From Terracidiphilus sp. (GTDB lineage: Bacteria; Acidobacteriota; Terriglobia; Terriglobales; Acidobacteriaceae): a stretch of DNA of 64,000 nt. A model generated the notes under the pieces. That model ran no database searches, was not told where the DNA came from, and was given only the letters and a program-made list of their open reading frames with translations. The position numbers and the translations under genes were made by a program. The number at the start of each line of letters is the position of its first letter. Position 1 is the stretch's first letter. The stretch lies in the NCBI GenBank assembly GCA_049514795.1, contig JBEKUS010000004.1:46-64045 (forward strand). The letters are read 5' to 3'. Of the stretch, positions 9,402-18,471 are shown piece by piece.

Positions 9402-11450
9402 ATGCCCGACTATTACCACGCTCCGGCCCTGATCCTGACGGCGCTGCTGGTGCCCGCCTTCGGCTACCTCTACTGTCGCTTCCGTGACACGCGCACCCTG
9501 CTCTGGTTCGTCGGCTTTTTCTTCGCCCTCCTCTCCATGATCCTGCTCTACTCCACGATGGGGCCAGGCGGCTTTTCCGGAGACGTGTTCCCATGGCTGG
9601 CTGCCGCGGGAAGGACATGCTCCCTCATCGGCACGGCCATGTTTCTCGGCTCGCTGTCGCCGCGGCGTTTTCGCCTGGGCCGCTACCAGGTTCTCTTTGT
9701 GATTCCGTACGCCTCGATCCTTGTCCTGTGCGCGATCCTCTACTGGGGCGTCTTTCATGGGGATGCTCCTCGGGGACCGCTCTCCTTGATCTTCCCTGTT
9801 CTCGCCTCTCTCGCCTTCCTTGTGGGCATTTTCTGGAGCGGCGCAAGCAAGGTGTTTCCGGGGTTTCTGGGGGTCCTCTTCTCCGCGATTCTTGGCAGCC
9901 TGGCGTTCATCGCCGGTCTTGGCATGGGACCCGGCAAAACGCTCGTTGCCGCCGTGTGCCTCAACCTGTCGGTGACCGCGTTGTTGCTGGTCGTCACCTT
10001 CAGGCGCTTCTCCCCCGGGGTCTTCCTCAGCGTGGCGGGCTTCCTGGCCTGGTCGCTCTCTTTCCTGCTGCTGATTCCCTGGGTTGGCCGTCATCTGGCG
10101 CTCGATCTCAACCTGACTCGCGTGGTGGTGATGGGAAAAGCTGTGGCGGCGCTCGGCATGATCGTGCTGGCGCTTGAGGACGAGCTCAGCCTCAACCGAA
10201 TCGCCCGCGAACGCGAACGCCGCGTCCGCGGCCAGCTCGAAGCGTATGCCAACCTGATGCTCACTCGCCGCAGGCTCGAGGACTTCGACCGCCAGGGTCC
10301 CGACATCTGCGAGACCGTGGTCAACAACAGCCGCTTCACCCAGGCAGCATTGCTGCTCGAGCACGCCGGCCAGTTCAGGCTGGCCGGATCCGCCGGCCTC
10401 GAGGTCGCCATCTCCAAGCCTCTGGGCGAATTGGCCAGACGGATTCCGGTCGAGGGCTTTCCCGCCCCCGGCACGGCCCCTGCCGCTGTCGAACACAGCA
10501 AGACTCTCCGTCTGGATCTCAAGCCCTGGCTCCTTCCCGGCGACGACCTTGAACGCTTCTGCTTCACCTCCGTTCTCGCCGTGCCCATGGTGGGCCGCTC
10601 CGGCGTCGATGGAGCCCTCCTGCTAAGAGGTCTGCGCCCCGAGAACCGCCGCAGCGCTGCCTGCACAGGCGATGCGCCTCGCCTCGACGACCTGCTCCCG
10701 ATCGAGATGCTGGCCTCCCGCCTCCAAGCTACGCGCGCACAGACCATGCTCTTTGAGAAGCTGATCGATTCGGAACGCTTCGCCGGCCTCGGTCAATTGG
10801 CGGGCAACGTCACTCAGCAGTTGAACAGTCCGCTCACGGTAATCCTCGGCTATGCCTCGCTCCTCGGCGATTCGGACGCGCTCGATCCGCAGGACCGCAA
10901 ATCCGTCGAATCAATCCTGCAGGAGGCGCGGCGCATTCGCGCGACCCTCGACAGCCTCTCCCGCGTCTCGCTGGCGCAGGCCGATCAGCCCGCCGCCATC
11001 TCCGTCTCCGAGTTGCTCGCCGACATGGACCAGCTCTATCGCCCCGAATTCCTTCTGCGCTCTATCGAATTTGAGGTCAACGTGGCGCCGGGTCTGCCCC
11101 GCATTCTCTGCGGCGCGCAGCAATTGCGCCAGGCCCTGCTGCATTGCCTGCAATACGCCATCGGCGCGGTCGAGCGCGACGGCTCGGCCGCCGCCCGGGA
11201 GCTCAGGTCCGTTCGCCTTGAAGCCGGCCGCGAAGGCAACCTGGTCCAGATTTCCGTCAGCCACACCGGCCGCAGCTTTCAGCATCCCGAGCGCGCCTTC
11301 GATCCTTTTGTCCCGGCGCGCTCTGGCGACATCGCCGGAATGGGCCTCAGCCTGTGCGCCACCATCCTGCGCGACTTGAACGGCCGGGCGTCCGCCGTCA
11401 ACCTCGAGCCGCGCGGCGCCGCCATCATTCTCGAGTTGCAGGCGGCCTGA
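9402..11450 (+). CDS. Sensor histidine kinase with polytopic membrane N-terminal domain
   Basis: 682 aa. About 7 TM helices come first, then a HisKA-like H-box region (FAGLGQLAGNVTQQLNSPLTVILGYASLL) and HATPase_c (GMGLSLCATILRDLNG). Confidence 0.8.
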   Translation: MPDYYHAPALILTALLVPAFGYLYCRFRDTRTLLWFVGFFFALLSMILLYSTMGPGGFSGDVFPWLAAAGRTCSLIGTAMFLGSLSPRRFRLGRYQVLFVIPYASILVLCAILYWGVFHGDAPRGPLSLIFPVLASLAFLVGIFWSGASKVFPGFLGVLFSAILGSLAFIAGLGMGPGKTLVAAVCLNLSVTALLLVVTFRRFSPGVFLSVAGFLAWSLSFLLLIPWVGRHLALDLNLTRVVVMGKAVAALGMIVLALEDELSLNRIARERERRVRGQLEAYANLMLTRRRLEDFDRQGPDICETVVNNSRFTQAALLLEHAGQFRLAGSAGLEVAISKPLGELARRIPVEGFPAPGTAPAAVEHSKTLRLDLKPWLLPGDDLERFCFTSVLAVPMVGRSGVDGALLLRGLRPENRRSAACTGDAPRLDDLLPIEMLASRLQATRAQTMLFEKLIDSERFAGLGQLAGNVTQQLNSPLTVILGYASLLGDSDALDPQDRKSVESILQEARRIRATLDSLSRVSLAQADQPAAISVSELLADMDQLYRPEFLLRSIEFEVNVAPGLPRILCGAQQLRQALLHCLQYAIGAVERDGSAAARELRSVRLEAGREGNLVQISVSHTGRSFQHPERAFDPFVPARSGDIAGMGLSLCATILRDLNGRASAVNLEPRGAAIILELQAA

Positions 11451-11592
11451 CCGGCACGTACCGCCGATCTGCAGCCGGGGCTCCTACAGGCTGGTCTTCG
11501 CCGGTAGGCGGGTCGATCGGCTGTAGCGCGGGTGTCCACGCCCGCACATCCGCCGCTGCGGTTGCATCATCCAATCCGTAGAATTGAACTGG

Positions 11593-13818
11593 ATGCCTTT
11601 CGCCGAACAATACGACGTAGCGGTCGTGGGTGCGGGCCACGCTGGCTGCGAGGCCGCCATGGCCGCGGCGCGCATGGGCCTCAAGACCGCCCTCGTCACC
11701 ATGAACCTCGACCTGATCGCTCAGATGAGCTGTAACCCCGCCGTCGGCGGCGTCGCCAAGGGCCACCTGGTCCGCGAGGTCGACGCGCTCGGCGGCATCA
11801 TGGGCGAGGTCGCCGACGCCGTCGGCATCCAGTTCCGCCTGCTCAACTCCTCGCGCGGCCCCGCCGTCTGGAGCCCCCGCGCCCAGTGCGACAAACAGCT
11901 CTACCGGGTCAAGATGCGCGAGGTCCTCGAGTCCCAGCGCGGCCTCCACATCCGCCAGGCCGAAGTCGTCGATCTCATCATCGAAGGGGTGGAGGGTACG
12001 GGCTTCAGCCCGTACGATCAGACCTCGCTTGATGACGCGGCTTTGGCCGCCGGGGGAAAGCCGGAATCTCCCGATCATGTTGACTGGGAGGGAAATTCGC
12101 CGGACCGGCCCGCCGAGATTCCACGTCCCACTCGCCCCCACCGCCGCGTCCTCGGCCTCAAGCTCCGCGACGGCCGCCGGCTCATGGCTGGAGCCACCAT
12201 CATCACCACCGGCACATTCCTCAACGGCCTCATCCACTGCGGCGAAGAGCGTTACCCCGCCGGCCGCTCGGGCGAGCCCGCCAGTGTTCTCTTGGGCGAA
12301 GCCCTCCGCAGCCTCGGCCTGCGCACCTGCCGTCTCAAGACCGGCACACCTCCGCGTCTCGACGGCCGCACCATCCGCTGGGAGTGCTTCGAAGAGCAGC
12401 CCGGCGACGCCGACCCCACGCCCTTCAGCTTCCGCACCAAGAGAATCGTCCAGCCCCAGATCTCCTGCCACATCGCCTTTACCACGCCCGAAACCCTTCG
12501 CCTCATCCGCGAGAACGTCCACCGCTCGGCTATGTACTCCGGCCGCATCCAGGGCATCGGCCCCCGCTACTGCCCTTCCATCGAGGACAAGGTCGTCAAG
12601 TTCCCTGACAAAACCCAGCACCAGTTCTTCCTCGAACCCGAAGGCCTCAACACCCACGAGGTCTACATCAACGGCATGTCCACTTCGCTGCCCATGGAAG
12701 TTCAGTGGCAGATGGTCCACTCCATCCCCGGCCTCGACCAGGCCGAGATGCTGCGTCCCGGCTACGCCATCGAGTACGACTCGGTCGACGCCACCGAGCT
12801 CGACCGCACCCTCCGAGTGAAGTGCATGACGGGTCTCTACCTCGCCGGCCAGATCAACGGGACAAGCGGATATGAAGAGGCCGCCTGCCAGGGCATCATG
12901 GCGGGCATCAATGCCGCGCTCTGGCTCAAGGGCCAGCTTCCCTTTACCCTCGACCGCACCGAGGGCTACACCGGCATCCTGATCGACGACCTCATCTCAA
13001 AAGGAACGAACGAGCCCTACCGGATGTTCACCTCGCGCGCCGAGTTCCGCCTCCATCTGCGCATCGACAACGCCGATCGGCGCCTCACGCCCTACGGCCG
13101 CCGCCTCGGCATCATCGACGACGACGCATGGGCCGAGTACGAGCAGAAGCAGGCACGCATGTCCGCTCTCGAGCGCCTGCTCACCTCCGGCAAAGCCGAC
13201 GCCGAAAAGCTCGAGCGCGCCGGCCTCGGCTCGCTGCCTGCCACCGCAGGCCTCACCTGGGCGCAGCTTCTCAAGCGTCCCGAGGTCACCATTGAGCCGC
13301 TCCTCGCCGCTCTCCACGACGACCTCGCCCGCGACCCGCTCCTCGCCGAGTTCGTGACGATGGACAAAGCTGGAGGAGAAAAGGCGGAACGCGAACTCGA
13401 CGGTTTGAAAGGGCACGGCTTTAGCCGTGCCGTAGATGCTCCAGAATCCTCGCGGGCTCTAGCCCCTGAGGGAAGGGTTTTGGAGGGAGGAGACCAACTC
13501 GACCCCTCCATCGCCCGCGCCATGCGCCGTAACGAAGCCCACGCCGTCGAGACAGAAATCAAATTCGCCGGCTACCTCCAGCAGCAAAAGAAGTCCATCG
13601 AGCGCCTCAAAGCGGCCGAGTCCGTCGTCATCCCCGGCTGGCTCGAGTATGGCGCCATCAGCGGTCTCTCCCGCGAGATGCGCGAAACGCTCGAGCGCAT
13701 CCGCCCTATGACCATCGGCCAGGCCAGCCGCATCCCCGGCGTCACCCCCGCCGCCCTCTCGCTCGTCCACGTCTCGATCAAGTTGCAAGGGCAGCGCAAA
13801 GTTCCCCGCGCCAGCTAG
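11593..13818 (+). CDS. mnmG: tRNA uridine 5-carboxymethylaminomethyl modification enzyme MnmG (GidA), carrying two in-frame insertions
   Basis: [19 protein letters not shown] motif, [42 protein letters not shown] and [13 protein letters not shown]. About 740 aa versus about 630 in E. coli. TAGAAT at 11579-11584 lies 8 nt before the ATG. Confidence 0.9.
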   Translation: MPFAEQYDVAVVGAGHAGCEAAMAAARMGLKTALVTMNLDLIAQMSCNPAVGGVAKGHLVREVDALGGIMGEVADAVGIQFRLLNSSRGPAVWSPRAQCDKQLYRVKMREVLESQRGLHIRQAEVVDLIIEGVEGTGFSPYDQTSLDDAALAAGGKPESPDHVDWEGNSPDRPAEIPRPTRPHRRVLGLKLRDGRRLMAGATIITTGTFLNGLIHCGEERYPAGRSGEPASVLLGEALRSLGLRTCRLKTGTPPRLDGRTIRWECFEEQPGDADPTPFSFRTKRIVQPQISCHIAFTTPETLRLIRENVHRSAMYSGRIQGIGPRYCPSIEDKVVKFPDKTQHQFFLEPEGLNTHEVYINGMSTSLPMEVQWQMVHSIPGLDQAEMLRPGYAIEYDSVDATELDRTLRVKCMTGLYLAGQINGTSGYEEAACQGIMAGINAALWLKGQLPFTLDRTEGYTGILIDDLISKGTNEPYRMFTSRAEFRLHLRIDNADRRLTPYGRRLGIIDDDAWAEYEQKQARMSALERLLTSGKADAEKLERAGLGSLPATAGLTWAQLLKRPEVTIEPLLAALHDDLARDPLLAEFVTMDKAGGEKAERELDGLKGHGFSRAVDAPESSRALAPEGRVLEGGDQLDPSIARAMRRNEAHAVETEIKFAGYLQQQKKSIERLKAAESVVIPGWLEYGAISGLSREMRETLERIRPMTIGQASRIPGVTPAALSLVHVSIKLQGQRKVPRAS
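11989..12141 (+). repeat. In-frame ~51-codon insertion in mnmG containing hairpin GTACGGGC ttca GCCCGTAC (11996-12015)
   Basis: Alignment from memory to E. coli MnmG places [11 protein letters not shown]...RPTRPH between ..DLIIEG and RRVLGLKL (E. coli DLIVEN-DRVVGAVT). The hairpin was read directly. Confidence 0.55.
13360..13497 (+). repeat. In-frame ~46-codon insertion in mnmG containing hairpin GGCACGGC ttta GCCGTGCC (13412-13431)
   Basis: The segment [46 protein letters not shown] has no counterpart in E. coli MnmG before the VE.EIKY.GY block. Same stem-loop architecture as the first insert (peptide G-x-GFS). Confidence 0.55.
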
Positions 13819-13823
13819 CCCGT

Positions 13824-14294
13824 TTACCTGCGAGCGACCTCCAGCCTCATTGGCGTGAACCGGATCCCGTTCTTTTCCTGTTCCGGCCCGATGCTTTCGA
13901 ATCCCAATCTTTCGTAGACGCCCACGGCGTATCGCGACGAGTTGACGGTCACGGCTTGCAGCTTCGGGTCGGTGGCAAGACAGGCCTCGAGCGCCTTCGC
14001 CAGCAGCGTCCGCGCAATCCCTTTCCGCTGATCCTCCTTACGCACGAACAGCAGGGAAATATGGTGGTTTTCCTTGATGGCGATGACGCCCGCAATCCCG
14101 CTGCCGCTTTTGCAGCAAAGCACGAAGAAAATACCGGCGGCGCATCGGGCTGCCAGGGATTCCGGCGCAATGAACCGTTTGAATTCGTCGATGCCTTCCT
14201 GTTTGTACTCGGCGGCCTCGAACTCCTCAAACACGTCCCAAACGAGGCTTGAGACCTCGGCCTCTTCTCCGGGTCTCATGAACTCATAGATCAT
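13824..14294 (-). CDS. GNAT family N-acetyltransferase
   Basis: Acetyl-CoA motif ..RKEDQRKGIARTLLAKALE.. and C-terminal AVGVYERLGFE. Start moved to ATG 14294 (MIYEFMRPGEE); the longer ORF to 14363 covers a palindromic promoter region. Confidence 0.75.
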   Translation of the reverse strand: MIYEFMRPGEEAEVSSLVWDVFEEFEAAEYKQEGIDEFKRFIAPESLAARCAAGIFFVLCCKSGSGIAGVIAIKENHHISLLFVRKEDQRKGIARTLLAKALEACLATDPKLQAVTVNSSRYAVGVYERLGFESIGPEQEKNGIRFTPMRLEVARR

Positions 14295-14366
14295 TGCGCA
14301 GTTCCCCTCCTGCGGAGCATTCCCACCCTGGTGACAAGATTTCGTGGTTCGAATGGAGATCATTGT

Positions 14367-14386
14367 ATTGGAGGAGCTGCTCCAAT
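14367..14386. promoter_or_regulatory. 20-bp near-perfect palindrome ATTGGAGgagctgCTCCAAT in the GNAT/pepP divergent region
   Basis: 18/20 positions are self-complementary, read directly. Lies between the divergent starts 14294 (-) and 14446 (+). Confidence 0.4.
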
Positions 14387-14393
14387 ATTTGCC

Positions 14394-14433
14394 GACTCGC
14401 TGACCTGTCGACTTGCCGACTTGCTGACTCGCT
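14394..14433 (+). repeat. Tandem octamer array x5: GACTCGCT GACCTGTC GACTTGCC GACTTGCT GACTCGCT
   Basis: Exact 8-nt periodicity read from sequence. Ends 1 nt before TATCCT (14434-14439), which is 6 nt before the GTG start at 14446. Related arrays at 52129-52211. Confidence 0.7.
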
Positions 14434-14445
14434 TATCCTATTCCC

Positions 14446-15633
14446 GTGATGAACCTCGACCGGATCCAATCCGCTCTCCGCGACGCCGCTCTCGACGGCT
14501 GGCTCTTCTACGATCACCATCACCGCGATCCCATCGCCGTCAGCCTCCTCGGCCTCGACCCCAAGGCCCTCGTCACGCGCCGCTGGTACTACTTCATCCC
14601 TGCCTCGGGCGAGCCCCGCAAGCTCGTTCACCGCATCGAGCAGGGCCGCCTCGACGCCCTGCCCGGCGCCAAAGCCCAGTACTCAAGCTGGCAGGAATTG
14701 CACTTGGGGCTGGCGAATCTCCTCCAAAACCAGAAAAAGATTGCCATGCAGTACTCGCCGAACAACGACATCATGTACGTCTCCATGGTCGATGCCGGCA
14801 CCGTCGAGTTCCTCCGCGGCCTTGGTAAAGAGGTCGTCACGTCTGCCGATCTCGTCAGCCAGTTCGAGGCCGTCCTCACCGAAGACCAGATCGCCACACA
14901 CTCCGTGGCCCAGCGCGCCATCGATTCGATCGTCGCCGAAGCCTGGCGCGAGGTCGCCCGCCGCCTGCGTCCCGCCACAGGCTCCGTGCCCGGCCGCTTC
15001 TCCGAGTACGACCTCGTCGTCTGGCTCCAGGAAGCCATGCGCCGCGAAGGCCTCGTCTGGGAGAGCGGCCCCGACGTCAGCGTCAACGCCAATACCTCCG
15101 ACTCGCACTACGAGCCCACCGCCGAGCGCGCCGCGCTCATCCGCGAGGGCGACTTCCTCCTCATCGACATCTGGGCCCGCACCGACGCGCCCACCAGCAT
15201 CTACTACGACATCACCTGGACCGCCGTCGTCGGCCGCGAGCCGAGCGCCAAAGAACAGCTTGTCTTCGAGACCGTCCGCAACGCCCGCGACGCAGCCATT
15301 CACACCGTCGAGCAGGCCTTCGCCCAGAACCGCCCCATCCGCGGCTTCGAGGCAGACGATGCCGCGCGCGCCGTCATCCGCGACGCCGGCTTCGCCGAGT
15401 ACTTTACCCATCGCACCGGCCACAACATCGCTCACCAGATTCACGGCCCCGGCGCGCACCTCGACAACCTCGAAACCCACGACGTGCGCCAACTCCTGCC
15501 CAACACCTGCTTCTCCGTCGAGCCCGGCATCTACCTGCCCGAGTTCGGCGTCCGCAGCGAAATCGACATGCTCACATCCCCCGGCAAAGCCTGGGTCACC
15601 GGCCGCATCCAGCAGGAGTTGGTGCGCATTTGA
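14446..15633 (+). CDS. M24 family metallopeptidase (Xaa-Pro aminopeptidase-like)
   Basis: 395 aa. Metal-ligand blocks DFLLIDIWA, HRTGHNIAHQIHG, CFSVEPGIY and VRSEID are typical of creatinase/prolidase-fold peptidases. Confidence 0.8.
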   Translation: MMNLDRIQSALRDAALDGWLFYDHHHRDPIAVSLLGLDPKALVTRRWYYFIPASGEPRKLVHRIEQGRLDALPGAKAQYSSWQELHLGLANLLQNQKKIAMQYSPNNDIMYVSMVDAGTVEFLRGLGKEVVTSADLVSQFEAVLTEDQIATHSVAQRAIDSIVAEAWREVARRLRPATGSVPGRFSEYDLVVWLQEAMRREGLVWESGPDVSVNANTSDSHYEPTAERAALIREGDFLLIDIWARTDAPTSIYYDITWTAVVGREPSAKEQLVFETVRNARDAAIHTVEQAFAQNRPIRGFEADDAARAVIRDAGFAEYFTHRTGHNIAHQIHGPGAHLDNLETHDVRQLLPNTCFSVEPGIYLPEFGVRSEIDMLTSPGKAWVTGRIQQELVRI

Positions 15634-15655
15634 GTGTGAAAGATCGACTCTCGGG

Positions 15656-16168
15656 CTAGCGGTAATGATGGAGAATGTGAATCACGTTTAAGGCGTCGAT
15701 AGCGTGTTTCCCCCAATGCGTACGAAAAGAGAATCGCCATTCCCAGATCCTGTCTTCTGGGCTAAGTGGGCCCGCTTCATTTTCAACAAGCATCTCTTTC
15801 AAGTCGTGGTAGATGTCAGCGAGATCATCTGCCAAACTGCCTTTGATTGACTCAGTATCCCCAATCGGATCGAAAAAAAGTCGATAGGAATCCCAATCAC
15901 CCAACTTCTCTCTCAGCAGATCGAATGGGCGTTTCCATTCCTGGTGCCCCTGCCGGCTAGCATGATCGGTAGCCTCCTCGTTACTGTCATCAAGTTCAAC
16001 ATCTGGCATGCAAATCCCCTGGTCGATCAGCTTTGGAAGAATCAAATAGACCTGGTTTAGAAACTCTTTCCTGCTTAAGCTCGACGCAGCATCCACAACC
16101 GCGCAGAACTGCCTCGCGGGAACAGCGAACCGGTCATCGAATCCTTGATTTTCCCTGGATGAGTCCAT
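15656..16168 (-). CDS. DUF5063-like hypothetical protein
   Basis: 170-aa acidic protein in an AT-richer stretch. C-terminal SLADDLADIYHDLKEML...WEWRFSFRTHWGKHAIDALNVIH resembles DUF5063 (recalled from memory, not searched). Confidence 0.5.
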   Translation of the reverse strand: MDSSRENQGFDDRFAVPARQFCAVVDAASSLSRKEFLNQVYLILPKLIDQGICMPDVELDDSNEEATDHASRQGHQEWKRPFDLLREKLGDWDSYRLFFDPIGDTESIKGSLADDLADIYHDLKEMLVENEAGPLSPEDRIWEWRFSFRTHWGKHAIDALNVIHILHHYR

Positions 16169-16312
16169 CGCTCGACTCCTGCATGCAAAATGATACGCAA
16201 GTGATAGTGGACATCATATCGCCGATTGCCCCATCTCTCGATGTTGGACAACCCTAACTCCGCGAACCCCGCTCCAATCCCTGACCCCTATTCTTGTATA
16301 GTCAATAAAGGA

Positions 16313-16723
16313 ATGGCCACTACCCCAACCAAGCCCGCCGCGGAGAAGCAGTCGCAGAAGGGCTTCGTCTATCTTCCCCTCATCGCCGGATGGCTTGTGC
16401 CCGGCGCCGGCCACTTCCTTCTCGGCAAGTGGATTCGCGGCACTCTGCTCGCCGTCTCCATCGTGGCCATGTTCGCGCTCGGCCTCGCCATGCAGGGCAA
16501 GCTCTACACCGGCGCGCAGGACATTCTCGATCTGCTCGGCGTCGCCGGCGACCTCGGCAGCGGCCTGCTTTACGTTGTCAGCCGCGCCGCCGGCTGGGGC
16601 GGCCAGCCGGTGCAGACGACCGTGGCCGACTACGGCACCAAGTTCATCGTGGTCGCCGGCCTGTTGAACATCATCGCCGCCGTCGACGCGCATAACCTGC
16701 GCACCGGGAGGAAGTCCTCGTGA
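16313..16723 (+). CDS. Small integral membrane protein (conserved GWLVPGAGHFLLGK motif; DUF6677-like)
   Basis: AAAGGA Shine-Dalgarno before ATG 16313 and three predicted TM helices. The family name is from memory and is uncertain. Confidence 0.55.
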   Translation: MATTPTKPAAEKQSQKGFVYLPLIAGWLVPGAGHFLLGKWIRGTLLAVSIVAMFALGLAMQGKLYTGAQDILDLLGVAGDLGSGLLYVVSRAAGWGGQPVQTTVADYGTKFIVVAGLLNIIAAVDAHNLRTGRKSS

Positions 16724-16899
16724 TCCATCCCTCCCACTTTGCGGCGGTCGTGCTCTTCTCGCTCTTCGCCTCCACCGTCTTCGGCATCACCATGCGCGAC
16801 ACCCCGGTCCGCATGGCCCGCTACGGCGCCTACTGCTTCATCCTCTTCGTCGGGTCGGCCATCGTGCTCAGTTGGGTCATGTTTCTGATCGCCCGCTAG
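16720..16899 (+). CDS. 59-aa two-TM membrane protein, translationally coupled (GTGA overlap) to the upstream gene; absent from the ORF track (below 60 aa)
   Basis: GTG at 16720 overlaps TGA 16721-16723. Reads VIHPSHFAAVVLFSLFASTVFGITMRDTPVRMARYGAYCFILFVGSAIVLSWVMFLIAR* with GC-rich third positions like neighbouring genes. Confidence 0.5.
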   Translation: MIHPSHFAAVVLFSLFASTVFGITMRDTPVRMARYGAYCFILFVGSAIVLSWVMFLIAR

Positions 16900-16905
16900 C
16901 GCATC

Positions 16906-17000
16906 GGAACCGGCTCCCGCACACCCTCCGCACAGACAAGAAATGCCGCCGTCCCCGTGGGAATGGCGGCGCCGGTTCCGCGGCCCCCAAGATTTTTCTT
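16906..17000 (+). terminator. Nested hairpin (GGAACCGGC...GCCGGTTCC outer; GCCGCC...GGCGGC inner) followed by ATTTTTCTT
   Basis: Arms at 16906-16914/16971-16979 and 16945-16950/16965-16970, T-run at 16993-17000. Lies downstream of the 16720-16899 ORF. Confidence 0.4.
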
Positions 17001-17033
17001 GACAAAAGTATCTAATAGAGCGATATCTATTAG
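16999..17033 (+). promoter_or_regulatory. padR promoter/operator: TTGACA (16999-17004) plus inverted repeat CTAATAG-N8-CTATTAG (17012-17033)
   Basis: Perfect 7-bp arms read directly. TATCTA (17024-17029) lies 8 nt before ATG 17038 and no Shine-Dalgarno is visible. PadR regulators are typically autoregulated through palindromes. Confidence 0.55.
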
Positions 17034-17037
17034 CACT

Positions 17038-17643
17038 ATGCCGCCCCGCTCCAGTTCCAGCTCCGAGGTCCTCCTTGGCCTTCTCACCATCGAGCCCATG
17101 TCGGGATACGACTTGGGCCACGCTGTCCGCGCCTCCATCGGCTTCTTCTGGAACGAAAGCTATGGCCAGATCTATCCCAACCTGAAGCGGCTGGCCGCCG
17201 CCGGCCTGGTTGCCGCGAAGACCGAACGGCAGAAGGGCAAACCCGACCGGCAGATCTACTCCATCACTCCCAAGGGCAGAGCGCATCTAGCACAGTGGCT
17301 CGCCGTCGAACCACAACCGGAGGTTCCGCGCAACGAACTGCTCCTGAAGCTGTTCTTTGGCATGCAGGCCTCGCCCGAAGCGCTCATCGGATACGTCGAG
17401 CGAATGGCGGAACGGGAGGCGGCAATCCTCCGCAAGCTGGAGCAGGTGGAGCACGAGCAGATCGCAAGCCTCGAGCGCTATCCCGACGCGCCCTATTGGA
17501 AGATGGCGGCGCGGTTCGGCCAGCTCGAACTCGAAGCCCACCTCCGCTGGGCCCGCGAGACGATCGCAGCCCTGCGCGGCCTCGCAGGCAACCGCCGGGC
17601 GCACCCGGCATTAGGAAAGGAAAAACGTCATGCAGGCAAGTGA
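17038..17643 (+). CDS. PadR family transcriptional regulator
   Basis: LLGLLTIEPMSGYDLGHAV....WNESYGQIYPNLKRLAAAGLV......KGKPDRQIYSITPKG is the canonical PadR wHTH. Start moved to ATG 17038. Confidence 0.85.
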   Translation: MPPRSSSSSEVLLGLLTIEPMSGYDLGHAVRASIGFFWNESYGQIYPNLKRLAAAGLVAAKTERQKGKPDRQIYSITPKGRAHLAQWLAVEPQPEVPRNELLLKLFFGMQASPEALIGYVERMAEREAAILRKLEQVEHEQIASLERYPDAPYWKMAARFGQLELEAHLRWARETIAALRGLAGNRRAHPALGKEKRHAGK

Positions 17644-18397
17644 AGCTTCCGTCGCCGTTGACACAAAGCGCGAAAGACCTGCGCCGATCGCATCATGGCT
17701 TCATTTCGCCGGCTTTCTCGCCATCATGGCCGGCATCTGTGCCTTCGGGTTCTATCAGCAACTGGCAGGTGGTGGCAGTAGCACCGGCGCCGGGTCCGGG
17801 CAGCTTGCCAGCCACAGCGCCGCTCTCCAGATCTACTTCGTCGCGATCCTGATGGACTGGGCGCTGCTCTACTTCTGCTGGGCCGGTGTACATCGCCATG
17901 GCGGAAACCTCTGGGACCTCTCGGGTGGGCGCTGGAAGAGCGTGCGCGATGTCTTCGCGGACTTCACTGTGGTGCTCCCGTTTTGGGCCGTCTGGGAAGG
18001 GACCGCCTACGGCGTTCACTGGCTGCTTGGATTCCTCGGCTCCGGCGCGGCCGCGAAAACCGTGGAAAGCCTCCTGCCCAAAAGCCTCGCTGAAGTGCTT
18101 CTCTGGATCGCTACGTCGATCACCGCGGGCATTTGCGAGGAGATGGCGTTTCGCGGCTACCTGATGCGCCAGTTCCACGCGCTCACCGGTGGAGTAGTTT
18201 GGGCGGTGCTTGCGCAGGCACTGGTCTTCGGCATCGCCCACAGTTACCAGGGCTGGAGAAACGTCGTCGTCATCACCGTGCTCGGCGCCCTCTATGGCGC
18301 TTTGGCTTCATGGCGCAAGAATCTGCGCGCCAACATCATCTCTCACGCGTGGTCCGACATTTGGGAGGGCTGGCTTAAGTTCGCCATCTTGAGATAG
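17630..18397 (+). CDS. CPBP family intramembrane glutamic endopeptidase (CAAX protease-like)
   Basis: Motifs AGICEEMAFRGY, VFGIAHSYQG and IISHAWSDIW. Overlaps padR by 14 nt. Confidence 0.8.
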   Translation: MQASEASVAVDTKRERPAPIASWLHFAGFLAIMAGICAFGFYQQLAGGGSSTGAGSGQLASHSAALQIYFVAILMDWALLYFCWAGVHRHGGNLWDLSGGRWKSVRDVFADFTVVLPFWAVWEGTAYGVHWLLGFLGSGAAAKTVESLLPKSLAEVLLWIATSITAGICEEMAFRGYLMRQFHALTGGVVWAVLAQALVFGIAHSYQGWRNVVVITVLGALYGALASWRKNLRANIISHAWSDIWEGWLKFAILR

Positions 18398-18420
18398 GAG
18401 GCAGCGCACTCGGCTGCCTC
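18398..18420 (+). terminator. Hairpin GAGGCAGC gcactcg GCTGCCTC after the padR-CPBP operon
   Basis: 8-bp perfect stem beginning 1 nt after the stop codon. A pyrimidine/T-rich tract follows. Confidence 0.45.
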
Positions 18421-18459
18421 TCCCTCCACCACTCCTTACTCTCCGTTCTTTGTTCCTTC

Positions 18460-18465
18460 TATAAT
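18460..18465 (+). promoter_or_regulatory. Consensus -10 box TATAAT located 6 nt upstream of the ntrY ATG (leaderless-type arrangement)
   Basis: TATAAT at 18460-18465, ATG at 18472, no Shine-Dalgarno between them. Confidence 0.45.
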
Positions 18466-18471
18466 CGCCCC

